A stretch of 44,447 bases of DNA from IMG/VR virus record IMGVR_UViG_3300025103_000045, positions 1 to 44,447 of that record; one strand, written 5' to 3'. Each line of letters starts with the position of its first letter. Positions within the stretch are counted from its first letter, which is position 1. The notes under the pieces were generated by a model, which worked only from the letters and a program-made list of their open reading frames with translations, made no database searches and was not told where the DNA came from. The DNA is from a virus. Lineage: Duplodnaviria; Caudoviricetes. Below are positions 35,550-44,447 of this stretch, piece after piece. Made by a program: the position numbers and the translations under genes.

Positions 35550-38500
35550 TTAACTGTGTACATAAGTTCCACTTCCTGTATATTTTATTATTGTATGATT
35601 TCCATCTGTTGTAACTGTCGGTGAACCTGTTGTTGTTCCTGAATATTCAGATGTAAGTAACCTTAATATTACTACACCAGATCCTCCAGCTCCTGAATAT
35701 CCACCATCATAAGTAGTTCCACCTCCACCACCTCCGGTATTTGCTGTACCAGACCCACCTGTATTAAGATTTCCAGCACCGTCACCTCCACCACCATTAC
35801 CACCGGTACCTCTTGCACTATGATTCGTAAAAGATGAACCACCACCTCCACCAGCATAAGCTACTGAAGAACCTGTAATTTCAACTGCTAATCCTGCACC
35901 ACCGTTTCCACCACCACTTCCTGAACCATTATTTCCAATAGCTGAAGCACCACCACCTCCAGCACCACCATAGTCTGGTGCGTTTTGTCCTCCTCCATCT
36001 CCTCCATTGTAACCTTGATTTGCAGTTCCAACACCTTTAGAAGAGGCTGAACCACCACCACCACCAGAACCACCATCAGAGCCGTCTATGTGTGCGCCTG
36101 TTGGTTGATGATATATACCTCCACCACCTCCCCCAGTAGATGATATTGTTGTTAATCCACTTGCTGCTATTGAAGATACTGCTCCATTGTTTCCTGCAGT
36201 TGTATTGTAAGTTGTACCTGCTCCACCTGCACCTATTGTAATTGTATATGTTCCTGCTGATAAAGTTATATCACTTTCAGCAGATGCACCACCACCTGAT
36301 GTATTACCATAAGATGTACGAAACCCTCCGGCTCCACCACCACCTCCGTGTCTGTTACCACCTGAACCTCCTCCTGCAATAACAAGGAATGACATATTAC
36401 CTGTTAAAGGTAAAGGCGTTGGGTTCATTTTAAATGCCATATATACGTAAGTGTCCCCATTTCTGTTTTCTCCGGCACCTGAACCTAATGTAAACCCATC
36501 ACTGTCGAACGAAGTTACTCCTGTATCTGCATATTCTGCTGCATTTAAATTTGCATTTACTGTAACAGAATCTCCTCTTACTGAATCAAATATAAACCAA
36601 TTATCAGCACTTGTTCTGCCTTTAGTCATTACAAAGTCTGGCTTAAATCCAAGACCAGTAATACTTTGCGTACTTCCATTACCTGTATAACTTGAAAACT
36701 TGCTATATCCACTTACTGAATGAAAAACATAAGATATATACTCACCACCACTTGTATTTACAGTTCCATCCGAACCTATTTGATTTGTTGTGGAACCTAT
36801 TGTTTTATATGCATTAGCGTCTGTTCCTCCTGTTCCACTACTATTTAAATACATATAATTACTTGCTGGCAAAGAACTAAACCAAACTAACCAACCTTCA
36901 GAGGCATCTAATCTTTTTGTAATTATAAGATTAGGCGATGATGATAATCCGTGACCATACGTGCCTGTACTCCCTGTTCCTGTGTATTTTACAATACTTA
37001 ATCCATTTGCAGTATTTGTATTTGTTATACTTGGTATTGTCCCATCAATATTAGATTGCCAAGTATTACCTGCTTTCCAAGCCCAAGCTACATAGTTTGT
37101 TCCTGTGTTATTATAGTTACCTGCATTTGTACCAAATTGTAAATATCCATCACCTACACCTGTGAAATATTGTGATTCATTTACTTCTGCAGCAATATCA
37201 CTTGATTTTAATGTCTGCCCAATACCTCTGGCAGCATCGTGTAATTGATGAGTATTTGTTGTACTTCTTGATTTAATCCAAACCAAATCAGGTCTGAAGC
37301 CTAAACCTTCAACTTTTTGATTTGCACCTGTTCCAGTATATGTTAATATTTTAAAGCTATCCGCTAATGTTGTGTTAATTGGTATGTTTTTAGCTATTGC
37401 CCAGTAGATATAAGTTGAACCACTTGCATTTCTGTCTGCATCATTATCTTCTAATTTAAAACCATCAGATTCAAAAGATAATCTTAAACCACTAAATTCT
37501 GAATTATCAGTATTTGCTCTTAACATTGGTTGTCCTCTACGAGAATCATAAATATTCCAATTTCCTGTGCCACTACTTCTTTTTAACATTACAAAGTCAG
37601 GTTTAAAACCTAACCCAGTAATACTTTGCGTGCTTCCATTCCCGCTATAACTTCCAAATTTCTGGTAACCTGTTACATCGTGGAAACAATAAGCGATAAA
37701 GTCTTCATTATTTACATTAACATCATTATCAGTGCCTATGCTAAATGATGTTGATGATGGTGCAGTATCATTCCAAAAAGCACTTGATGTTCCTTCCGCA
37801 TTGTCCCTATTTAAATAAATAACTTTTGTTGCACCTACACTTGTATGATAAACCGCCCAATGAGCATTTCCGCTATGAGTGTTAGAAAGGTTTTTCACTA
37901 AAATCATATTAGGGGCAGCTGATAACCCATGAGGAACTGTCGTTGCACTACCTGTTCCTTCATATTTGACAATTGAGAAACCTGCATTTGCATTTGCACT
38001 AACAATTGATTGCGTACCAGCAACATAAGTCATTCCTAAACTTAAACTATTGTTTTGTGCTGCTGTTTCTGCATATAGTGTTGCTACATTAGAAGCTGTC
38101 AATGCTTTATCATAAATTCTAACTTGATCCATTCTACCGTCCGTTCTCTGACCCCCATTATCAGCCCTATACATTAAGCCATAATCAGATGAATGATTAC
38201 TTGCGTTGCCTGTATAAGAATTAGTTCCTTCTAATGAACCATTTATGTAAAGAGCCATACCATTTGTAGTATCAAATGTTATAACAATATGATACCAAGT
38301 ACTTGCAGATAAAGTTGTTGATGAATTTATATCGTAAGCTGTATTAACTAAATTTCTTCTATATTTTACTGAATAATTACCCCTTAATCTAACATTAGTA
38401 TCGTGGTTATAAAACAACATATCTTCATCTTGTAATGTATCAAGATATACCCAACCTGAAATTGTGTGAGATTCATTTATATTAATTGTTTCTTCAGGAT

Positions 38501-40034
38501 AAGTAAAATTAGATGTAGAACCATTAAAATCCCCTGCTTTATTAAACTTACCGCTTGCGTTGTATGTTACATTAGAAGCTGTTCCATCAAAGTTTCCTGT
38601 TACATCATCTGCATTGTCTTCAAATTTATATATTGCTACTGCATCTAAATCTTCTGTAACTTTTCCTATTGTTGCTTCGTTATCATCGGTTTTCCAAACC
38701 CAAGCAACATGATCTGCGTTATTTACATTTATATTATTCCAGTCGCCAATACTAAATCCATTATCATTAAAAGAAGATACACCATCAAGACGAATAGTTG
38801 GGTTTTCAGCATGTGTTGTATCACTATAAACTGTCCAGCCTGCGCCTCTTACTATATCCCATAATTGATGATGATCAGAATAACTTCTGGGTTTAGTCCA
38901 TATTAATCCAGGTTTAAACCCTGTGTTTATATCTAATGAGGTACCATTCCCTGTATAAGTTTCTATATTAAAGCTACTTTCAAGTGTTGGTGCTTCTGTG
39001 TCAGGATCTGCTGCAAATGCCATATAGATATATGTGCCACCTGTAGCATTAAATCCAGCACTTGAACTTGGAATATCATCAAAAGAAAAACCATTAGACA
39101 AAAACTTAACATCTATATCTCCATTTGTTACTGTTGATTCTGCATCTGCTGAATTTGCTCTTAATATTGTATTTCTGTAATCTATTGGATTTCTTTTGTT
39201 GTCTAATATATACCAATCATAATTTGCAGCATCAGTTCTTTTAATCATTAAATATGCAGGTTCAAATCCTGTTTCTACAATTAAATTACCTCCTGTACCT
39301 GTATATGAATCAAACTTTGAGAAGCCTTCGACTGAATGGAACGCATAAGATATTGAGGGGGTATTGTAAGAGTAAACACTAAATACTGACGCTGTTGGAG
39401 CTGAACCCCAAGTATTATCTTCTTTTGCTTGTGTTAAATTTAAATATAATCTATCAAAACTACCATCAATAACTGTTGTATTTGTCAACCAATCACCAGC
39501 AACATTTCTTCGTTTGTGAATAATTAACTCGGGTGCTTCAGACAATCCGTGACCAACAGTTTCAATAGATGTTGTGTTAGTGTAACTAACAATACTAAAT
39601 CCTGCATCTTGGTTTGCTTGAACTGTACTTGTAATACTTCCATCTGTATTACTACTTGTAGTTCCCTCGTTTGCTTTCCAACACCAAGCTACATACGGTC
39701 CTCTTGATGAATCATTAACAACACCACCTCCATCTGCACCTAAAGTAAATCCATCACTATCAAAAGAAACAAAACCAGTAGTACGGGTTGCTTCTGCATT
39801 TTGTAAGTTTGATGATAAATCTTTAGTTGCGCCTCTTGTTGAATCGTTTAATATATGTTGTTCACCATTACTTCTATCTTTTATCCAAACCCAGTCAGGC
39901 TTAAATCCTACACCTGTAATTGACTGTGTAGCACTTGTACCTGTATAAGTAACCACCTTAAAGTGTTCACTTGGAGTTATACCACCTGCTCCTGCTGTAG
40001 CGCCTGCACCAATTAATCTTTTATTTAAACCCAT
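35550..40034 (-). CDS. fibre/adhesin protein: YTGNG/GFKPD beta repeats + LamG-like domain + C-terminal glycine-rich domain
   Basis: Paralogous to 32249..35536. WYHIVITF..LYING..MDQVRIY and a polyglycine domain ending GGSGVVILR. Confidence 0.8.
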   Translation of the reverse strand: MGLNKRLIGAGATAGAGGITPSEHFKVVTYTGTSATQSITGVGFKPDWVWIKDRSNGEQHILNDSTRGATKDLSSNLQNAEATRTTGFVSFDSDGFTLGADGGGVVNDSSRGPYVAWCWKANEGTTSSNTDGSITSTVQANQDAGFSIVSYTNTTSIETVGHGLSEAPELIIHKRRNVAGDWLTNTTVIDGSFDRLYLNLTQAKEDNTWGSAPTASVFSVYSYNTPSISYAFHSVEGFSKFDSYTGTGGNLIVETGFEPAYLMIKRTDAANYDWYILDNKRNPIDYRNTILRANSADAESTVTNGDIDVKFLSNGFSFDDIPSSSAGFNATGGTYIYMAFAADPDTEAPTLESSFNIETYTGNGTSLDINTGFKPGLIWTKPRSYSDHHQLWDIVRGAGWTVYSDTTHAENPTIRLDGVSSFNDNGFSIGDWNNINVNNADHVAWVWKTDDNEATIGKVTEDLDAVAIYKFEDNADDVTGNFDGTASNVTYNASGKFNKAGDFNGSTSNFTYPEETININESHTISGWVYLDTLQDEDMLFYNHDTNVRLRGNYSVKYRRNLVNTAYDINSSTTLSASTWYHIVITFDTTNGMALYINGSLEGTNSYTGNASNHSSDYGLMYRADNGGQRTDGRMDQVRIYDKALTASNVATLYAETAAQNNSLSLGMTYVAGTQSIVSANANAGFSIVKYEGTGSATTVPHGLSAAPNMILVKNLSNTHSGNAHWAVYHTSVGATKVIYLNRDNAEGTSSAFWNDTAPSSTSFSIGTDNDVNVNNEDFIAYCFHDVTGYQKFGSYSGNGSTQSITGLGFKPDFVMLKRSSGTGNWNIYDSRRGQPMLRANTDNSEFSGLRLSFESDGFKLEDNDADRNASGSTYIYWAIAKNIPINTTLADSFKILTYTGTGANQKVEGLGFRPDLVWIKSRSTTNTHQLHDAARGIGQTLKSSDIAAEVNESQYFTGVGDGYLQFGTNAGNYNNTGTNYVAWAWKAGNTWQSNIDGTIPSITNTNTANGLSIVKYTGTGSTGTYGHGLSSSPNLIITKRLDASEGWLVWFSSLPASNYMYLNSSGTGGTDANAYKTIGSTTNQIGSDGTVNTSGGEYISYVFHSVSGYSKFSSYTGNGSTQSITGLGFKPDFVMTKGRTSADNWFIFDSVRGDSVTVNANLNAAEYADTGVTSFDSDGFTLGSGAGENRNGDTYVYMAFKMNPTPLPLTGNMSFLVIAGGGSGGNRHGGGGGAGGFRTSYGNTSGGGASAESDITLSAGTYTITIGAGGAGTTYNTTAGNNGAVSSIAASGLTTISSTGGGGGGIYHQPTGAHIDGSDGGSGGGGGSASSKGVGTANQGYNGGDGGGQNAPDYGGAGGGGASAIGNNGSGSGGGNGGAGLAVEITGSSVAYAGGGGGSSFTNHSARGTGGNGGGGDGAGNLNTGGSGTANTGGGGGGTTYDGGYSGAGGSGVVILRLLTSEYSGTTTGSPTVTTDGNHTIIKYTGSGTYVHS

Positions 40035-40037
40035 TTA

Positions 40038-40517
40038 TTAAATGTTTGGAAAATCGTATGTTATAACTTTTGCTTTAGTAGTTAATGTATTTATTTCCGA
40101 TTCAACTGTATTTGATAATTCTCTTAAAGCTACCCTTGCATCTACAATATCTATAGGCACAGCTGTTCCGTCATCTGCATTCCTAATTATATACCAATCT
40201 GTTTTTGCAAGTTCACTTCCTATTTGTACTTTAAAGTTGTTTATTGATTGCTCTTTTAATTCGCTTAATGACTTATCAAATGTTTTATTAGATATGTCTT
40301 TTTTAAATACCGTAGCTTGTGTGTCCCAATATATTTCACCTAAAACATGTATTCTTGAGTCATAGCTATCATCTATAACTACATCAAAAAGTCCGTTCTC
40401 TTTCATTTTATCGTCACCCCAACCCTTCACATTTAAATGCAGTCCTGTTGATGACCTAAATGAATTAGGTAATGATTGATAAAAAGTTATTACACCTGCG
40501 TTATTTACTGCTTTCAT
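40038..40517 (-). CDS. putative fibre assembly chaperone / connector
   Basis: LAKTDWYIIR...R.ALRE motif like tail-fibre assembly proteins; lies between stalk and adhesin genes. Confidence 0.55.
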   Translation of the reverse strand: MKAVNNAGVITFYQSLPNSFRSSTGLHLNVKGWGDDKMKENGLFDVVIDDSYDSRIHVLGEIYWDTQATVFKKDISNKTFDKSLSELKEQSINNFKVQIGSELAKTDWYIIRNADDGTAVPIDIVDARVALRELSNTVESEINTLTTKAKVITYDFPNI

Positions 40518-40519
40518 AA

Positions 40520-41053
40520 TTATGCTACTTTATTTATTGTTGCGAATTGTTCTGTATTTCCATTTGTAGAAACTATACTTATTAAATTTTCTCCACTTCC
40601 ATCATAAGTAGAAGCATTTGTAAGCTCTTTTACACTTGCAGGTAAAGTTAAAGCGTAATTACCACTTATAACTAAATTGATTTGCATACCAGTTGAAACG
40701 TTAGCAAAAGTTAAAGTTGTATCTGCACTTAATGTTTTAGTAAAAGTTGTAGCAGTTGCCCAATCTACTGCTGTACCACTTAATGCTGCTGCTGTTGTAA
40801 ACTCTGCACCTAATTTAGTGTATGTTATTGCATCATCAGCTATTTTACCCGCTGTCACATTGCTATCCGCTATTTTAGCTGTAGTTACTGCTGCATCGGC
40901 AAATTTTGCTGCTGTTACTGCATTATCTGCGATTGAAGCTGCTACGACTGCGTTTGAGGCTAATTCAGCCGCTCCTACTGCATCATCTGCTAATTTAGCT
41001 TGGGTTACAGAATTATCTGCTAATACGTTTGCTGTTACTTTTGTTATTGCCAT
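40520..41053 (-). CDS. short fibre stalk with 10-aa ADxAVTxAKI repeats and C-terminal beta domain
   Basis: About seven ADNSVTQAKL-type repeats followed by a VDWATATTFTKTL domain. Confidence 0.7.
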   Translation of the reverse strand: MAITKVTANVLADNSVTQAKLADDAVGAAELASNAVVAASIADNAVTAAKFADAAVTTAKIADSNVTAGKIADDAITYTKLGAEFTTAAALSGTAVDWATATTFTKTLSADTTLTFANVSTGMQINLVISGNYALTLPASVKELTNASTYDGSGENLISIVSTNGNTEQFATINKVA

Positions 41054-41057
41054 TTTA

Positions 41058-41426
41058 TTATTCTATTGTTAATTCAACTATTTTCCACTCTTGGTTTTCT
41101 TCATCCCAAGAATAAGTATTTTCATCTTCAGGACAAGGCACTGGCGCTTCCCATATAAAATCATCATTTAAACTCCAGCTTGGAAATGGTGTAGGTGCAT
41201 AAAATGCATCATTTTCACTATCCCAAGTATAACCTTGACCTGCAAAATTATGTCTAATATTACCATTGTAAGAAGTTTGAACCCAATTTCTGTGACCAAA
41301 TAATGATTCACAAAAATCGATTCCTTTAGTTTCTGATTCCTCTTCTTCTACTAATAGTTCGTTATTATTAACCACTATTACTTGTGTTACTATGTTATCC
41401 TCGTTTATTTGTGCAAAATGTGCCAT
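41058..41426 (-). CDS. acidic partner protein of glycine-rich adhesins (MAHFA...WVQTSYN family)
   Basis: MAHFAQINEDNIVTQVIVV, WVQTSYN, PFPSW and WEAPVP motifs. Confidence 0.7.
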   Translation of the reverse strand: MAHFAQINEDNIVTQVIVVNNNELLVEEEESETKGIDFCESLFGHRNWVQTSYNGNIRHNFAGQGYTWDSENDAFYAPTPFPSWSLNDDFIWEAPVPCPEDENTYSWDEENQEWKIVELTIE

Positions 41427-41449
41427 TTTAATTTATTTTATTTATTAAT

Positions 41450-42415
41450 TTATTCGTGTACATACGTACCGCTACCCGTAAATTTAATTATTGTATTGTT
41501 TCCTGTTGTTGTTACTGTTGGTGAACCAGTGGTATTACCCGTGTATTGAGATGTTGGTAATCTTAATATCACTACACCTGAACCCCCAAGACCGGCAGTT
41601 CCTGCTGAAGATCCACCACCACCACCACCACCACCACCACCGGTGTTAGCTGTTGCTGATGAAGCATTACCCCCATGTGTTGAACCTCCTGAACCACCCC
41701 CTGATGATCCAACACCTCCAGGCACACCGGAGCTTGTGTTTCCACCACCACCTCCTCCTCCGCCGGCATAACCAACAGAAGAACCTGTTATTGACACTGA
41801 TAACCCTGCACCACCAGTACCTCCATTTTCGCCAGGGCCATCCCACCCTGCTATTACACCTGCTCCACCTGCTCCCCCACCTCCTGAACTTGACCTTGTG
41901 TTACCAGAGCTTGAAGTATTACCTGACTTGTAACCTTGACCAGTTGTACCTGCACTAAATACATTACCTCCAGCAGAATCTGCCGCATAGGCACCTCCAG
42001 AACCATAAGTTCCATTTCCACCATTTCCAGCACCACCTAATCTTGAACCTCCTCTACCACCTTTTAAAGATGTAATCGTAGTAATATTTGTTCCTGCTAA
42101 AGATGTATCATTCCCATCTTTACCTGTTGCGTAAAATCCAGTAGGATTAGCTGGGCTTCCACCACCAGCCCCTATTGTGACAGTAATTGTGCCTTGAAAA
42201 TTTGTAATATCGTTCTCTGCACTTGCTCCTCCACCACTTGTAGAGCCATAAGATGTACGAAGTCCACCAGCTCCAGCTCCTGCACCACCAATACCACCAG
42301 AACCATCTCCATAACCACCTGAGCCTGTTCCTCCTCCAGCAATTACTAGCCAGTCTATTGTTACTGGCGATACGCCTGCTGCTAATGCTCCAAAATTTAT
42401 ACCTTGCCCAAACAT
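41450..42415 (-). CDS. stand-alone glycine-rich adhesin domain protein
   Basis: LVIAGGG...GGLRT...YAGGGGGG...ANTGGGGGG...GGSGVVILR. Confidence 0.78.
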   Translation of the reverse strand: MFGQGINFGALAAGVSPVTIDWLVIAGGGTGSGGYGDGSGGIGGAGAGAGGLRTSYGSTSGGGASAENDITNFQGTITVTIGAGGGSPANPTGFYATGKDGNDTSLAGTNITTITSLKGGRGGSRLGGAGNGGNGTYGSGGAYAADSAGGNVFSAGTTGQGYKSGNTSSSGNTRSSSGGGGAGGAGVIAGWDGPGENGGTGGAGLSVSITGSSVGYAGGGGGGGGNTSSGVPGGVGSSGGGSGGSTHGGNASSATANTGGGGGGGGGGSSAGTAGLGGSGVVILRLPTSQYTGNTTGSPTVTTTGNNTIIKFTGSGTYVHE

Positions 42416-42945
42416 TAACTTGCTATTTGATTAATTGCGTACCAAAATTCAGTGGCACCAACACATGTTATTGAAATTAAATTCTTTTTATTGGAGGTGT
42501 CATCATAATCCCCCGCTATTTTATTAAACGTTCCCGAACTACCTCCTACTTGGAAAGCTAAAGTTCTACTTCCTCCCGATCCAGTCATTATTATTGTTTT
42601 AGTAATACCGATTTTTGGATTAGTTATGTTTAATGTTGTATTTGCATTAGGTGTTAGCGTAAATACTTGTGCTGCGTCAAAATCTACAGCAACTGTTGCT
42701 CCGGCACTTAGCGCATCAACTGTACTAAATTCATCATCTATTTTTTCATAATCTATAGCATCATTAGCTATTGTTAAAGTCCCAGACGATACAGTTCCAT
42801 CTCCAGTTATACCGAGTGTTGAACCATCACCAAATAAAGCGTATACTTCATTGGTGTTGTCATTTGATTTATCAAATGCTGATCTTATAGCGTCCCCTGT
42901 CCCATCATTTGCTGAAGAACCTATGTTTATTGTTTGTTTTGCCAT
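42415..42945 (-). CDS. short fibre stalk with T4 gp9/gp10-like N-terminal motif
   Basis: MAKQTINIGSSANDGTGDAIRSAFDK. The C-terminal domain is paralogous to 40520..41053. Confidence 0.72.
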   Translation of the reverse strand: MAKQTINIGSSANDGTGDAIRSAFDKSNDNTNEVYALFGDGSTLGITGDGTVSSGTLTIANDAIDYEKIDDEFSTVDALSAGATVAVDFDAAQVFTLTPNANTTLNITNPKIGITKTIIMTGSGGSRTLAFQVGGSSGTFNKIAGDYDDTSNKKNLISITCVGATEFWYAINQIAS

Positions 42946-42954
42946 TATTATTTA

Positions 42955-44445
42955 TTATTTTTTTGTAGAATCTGCTGTTAATGTAGCATTATCTGCTGTA
43001 ATTGTTGTTGTATCTGTTGTAAATGGATAATCTGGGCCTATATCATACCAAGCTGTGCCATTCCACACCTCTAATTTAAGAGTTGTTGTATTCCATCTTG
43101 TTAATCCCCCGATTGGAGAAGATGGTCTTTGTACTGTTGTTCCTCTTTGAATAGTAGCACCAGCTTCTAAAGATATTGTAGTGAAGTGCATTACTTCAAT
43201 TGAGTATCCGCTTTGAGGTGCAGTACTAAAAGTTAAGGTAGTACCAGAAATGCTATACATAGTTTTTTCTTGATATACCCCATTTATAAAAACAAATGTT
43301 GTATTCTCATCCTCTATGTTTTTTGATAACGTAAAAGCTGTTGCACTTCCATTGCCTGTAAATTGATCACCCGCTATAGTTGAAACATCTGAAGCTTTTA
43401 TATGCACTATTTCTACAATAGCCCCATTCCCAGGAGCTGTGCTAAGCGTTACAATATTTCCAGAGGTTGTATAATTATCTTTTGATTGATATACACCATC
43501 TATATATACCTGCGTATTATTTTCATCTAATATTGTTAAAGATGATGTAAACGCGGTATTTGATCCATTAGCTGTTGATTTATCTGTTTTAATTACCCCT
43601 TGAACAGAAACATAATGTATTATCTCTATTTCAGCTCCATTTGGAGGGGCTGTACTAAATGTTACAGTAGTCCCGCTTGTGCTATAGTTATCTTTGCTCT
43701 GGTAAACACCATCAATATATATTTGGGTATTGTTTTCAGATGCAATTGTTGAACTAACTGTAAAAGCTGTCGCTGAACCATTACCTGTTAATATATTTTT
43801 TTCTACATTTAGTGTTGAACTCCCCCCTGACGATGCGACTGTTATTGTGTCAGTGCTTGCGTTAGTGGTTAAAGTAATGTTATTTCCCGCTACTAAATTT
43901 AATGTATCAGTTGCACTTTCTGCCACAACACTTGTTTGACCTGATATTGCAATTGTTTCAAACGAATTACTAGCCCCTGAACCTGAAGCGTCTGCAGCTG
44001 GTGCCCATGATGACCCATTCCATTTTAATACTTGACCCGATGATGGTGATGTGCTTGCTACATTAGTTAGATTTTCTATCGCTGCATTCAAAGCAAACGT
44101 TGTCCCTGTTAAACTAATTCCAGTACCAGCGCTATATGTTGTATTCGTATCAGTAGACGCTAAAGTAATTGTGTCACCTGTTTCAGATATACTTATATTA
44201 CTTCCAGCTGCTATAGTTACATCATCTGTTGATGAATCGCTTCCTGTTAATCTTATTATTGCATCATTACCACTTGTAACACTATTTACTGTATAGGTTG
44301 TATTTATGTCTGTTGCTGCCGGTGTAGCTGTACCAAATTTAACATAACTCCCCATATAACCATGAGCGCTACATTGATAAAATAAAACAGGTGGTGTCGA
44401 TATAGTAGGTATAATTTGAGTATATGCTCCTGAGCTACCCGCTGT
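42955..44445 (-). CDS. 5'-truncated tail fibre / hub protein with three tandem ~65-aa beta repeats
   Basis: The frame stays open past the track start (44355) to the window edge, reading TAGSSGAYTQIIPTISTPPVLFYQCSAHGYMG. Contains GQVLKWNGSSW and three IDGVYQ repeats. Confidence 0.8.
   Translation of the reverse strand, partial: TAGSSGAYTQIIPTISTPPVLFYQCSAHGYMGSYVKFGTATPAATDINTTYTVNSVTSGNDAIIRLTGSDSSTDDVTIAAGSNISISETGDTITLASTDTNTTYSAGTGISLTGTTFALNAAIENLTNVASTSPSSGQVLKWNGSSWAPAADASGSGASNSFETIAISGQTSVVAESATDTLNLVAGNNITLTTNASTDTITVASSGGSSTLNVEKNILTGNGSATAFTVSSTIASENNTQIYIDGVYQSKDNYSTSGTTVTFSTAPPNGAEIEIIHYVSVQGVIKTDKSTANGSNTAFTSSLTILDENNTQVYIDGVYQSKDNYTTSGNIVTLSTAPGNGAIVEIVHIKASDVSTIAGDQFTGNGSATAFTLSKNIEDENTTFVFINGVYQEKTMYSISGTTLTFSTAPQSGYSIEVMHFTTISLEAGATIQRGTTVQRPSSPIGGLTRWNTTTLKLEVWNGTAWYDIGPDYPFTTDTTTITADNATLTADSTKK
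43185..43790 (-). repeat. three tandem domain repeats (TGNGS.TAFT...ENNTQ.YIDGVYQ.K..Y..SG...TFSTAP..G..IE..H)
   Basis: Visible directly in the translation and as DNA similarity. Confidence 0.85.
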
Positions 44446-44447
44446 AC

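Noticed and set aside
35672-42036. Alternative-frame V/E/L-rich ORFs in the glycine-rich domains (35672, 35888, 41572, 41854)
   Set aside because: GGT/GGA runs read in +1 give Val/Glu strings without stops. Their GC content is explained by Gly codons, unlike the terL overlaps.
32249-42415. Diversity-generating retroelement or shufflon acting on the adhesins
   Set aside because: No reverse transcriptase or recombinase in the window. All repeats are direct and coding, and the differences I compared are not adenine-specific.
5418-44296. Numerous plus-strand ORFs of 60-163 aa opposite the late operon
   Set aside because: Antisense shadows with biased composition and no motifs, expected from codon bias of the real genes.
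1-44447. Stop-codon reassignment as seen in some crAss-like phages
   Set aside because: Long genes are intact under the standard code, and TAG ends genes at their expected C-termini (nrdB, nrdA, terL).
1-44447. tRNA, CRISPR array, intron/intein or integrase
   Set aside because: Intergenic gaps are too short, RNR and TerL appear uninterrupted, and none was recognised.

Overview
AT-rich fragment of a tailed dsDNA phage genome with crAss-related podovirus architecture, probably infecting aquatic Bacteroidota (Flavobacteriia). The host inference rests on AT-rich leaders without Shine-Dalgarno sites and a Flavobacterium-type ribonucleotide reductase (RNR). Bases 1-4010 (+) hold the end of the nucleotide-metabolism arm: a MazG-like ORF, a T7 endonuclease I-like gene, nrdB, a small lipoprotein and nrdA. 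This arm meets a ~40 kb late operon on the - strand at a hairpin (4030-4059). In transcription order the late operon encodes a modular fibre/adhesin cluster, a GroES-like gene, TerS, TerL, portal, scaffold, major capsid protein, ring proteins, a muzzle-like protein, a Cys-rich Ig-like protein, three ejection proteins, three tiny basic proteins and an M15 endolysin. The most striking signals are hidden coding layers. (i) Two +1-frame ORFs overprinted inside terL coincide with sharp GC-rich islands, and one carries a lipoprotein-like signal peptide. (ii) A candidate programmed -1 frameshift (GCA AAG, 6-nt spacer, nested hairpin) at codon 37 of the 2069-aa ejection gene would give a 69-aa CxC-containing alternative product. 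Family assignments come from motif recognition only; no searches were run.
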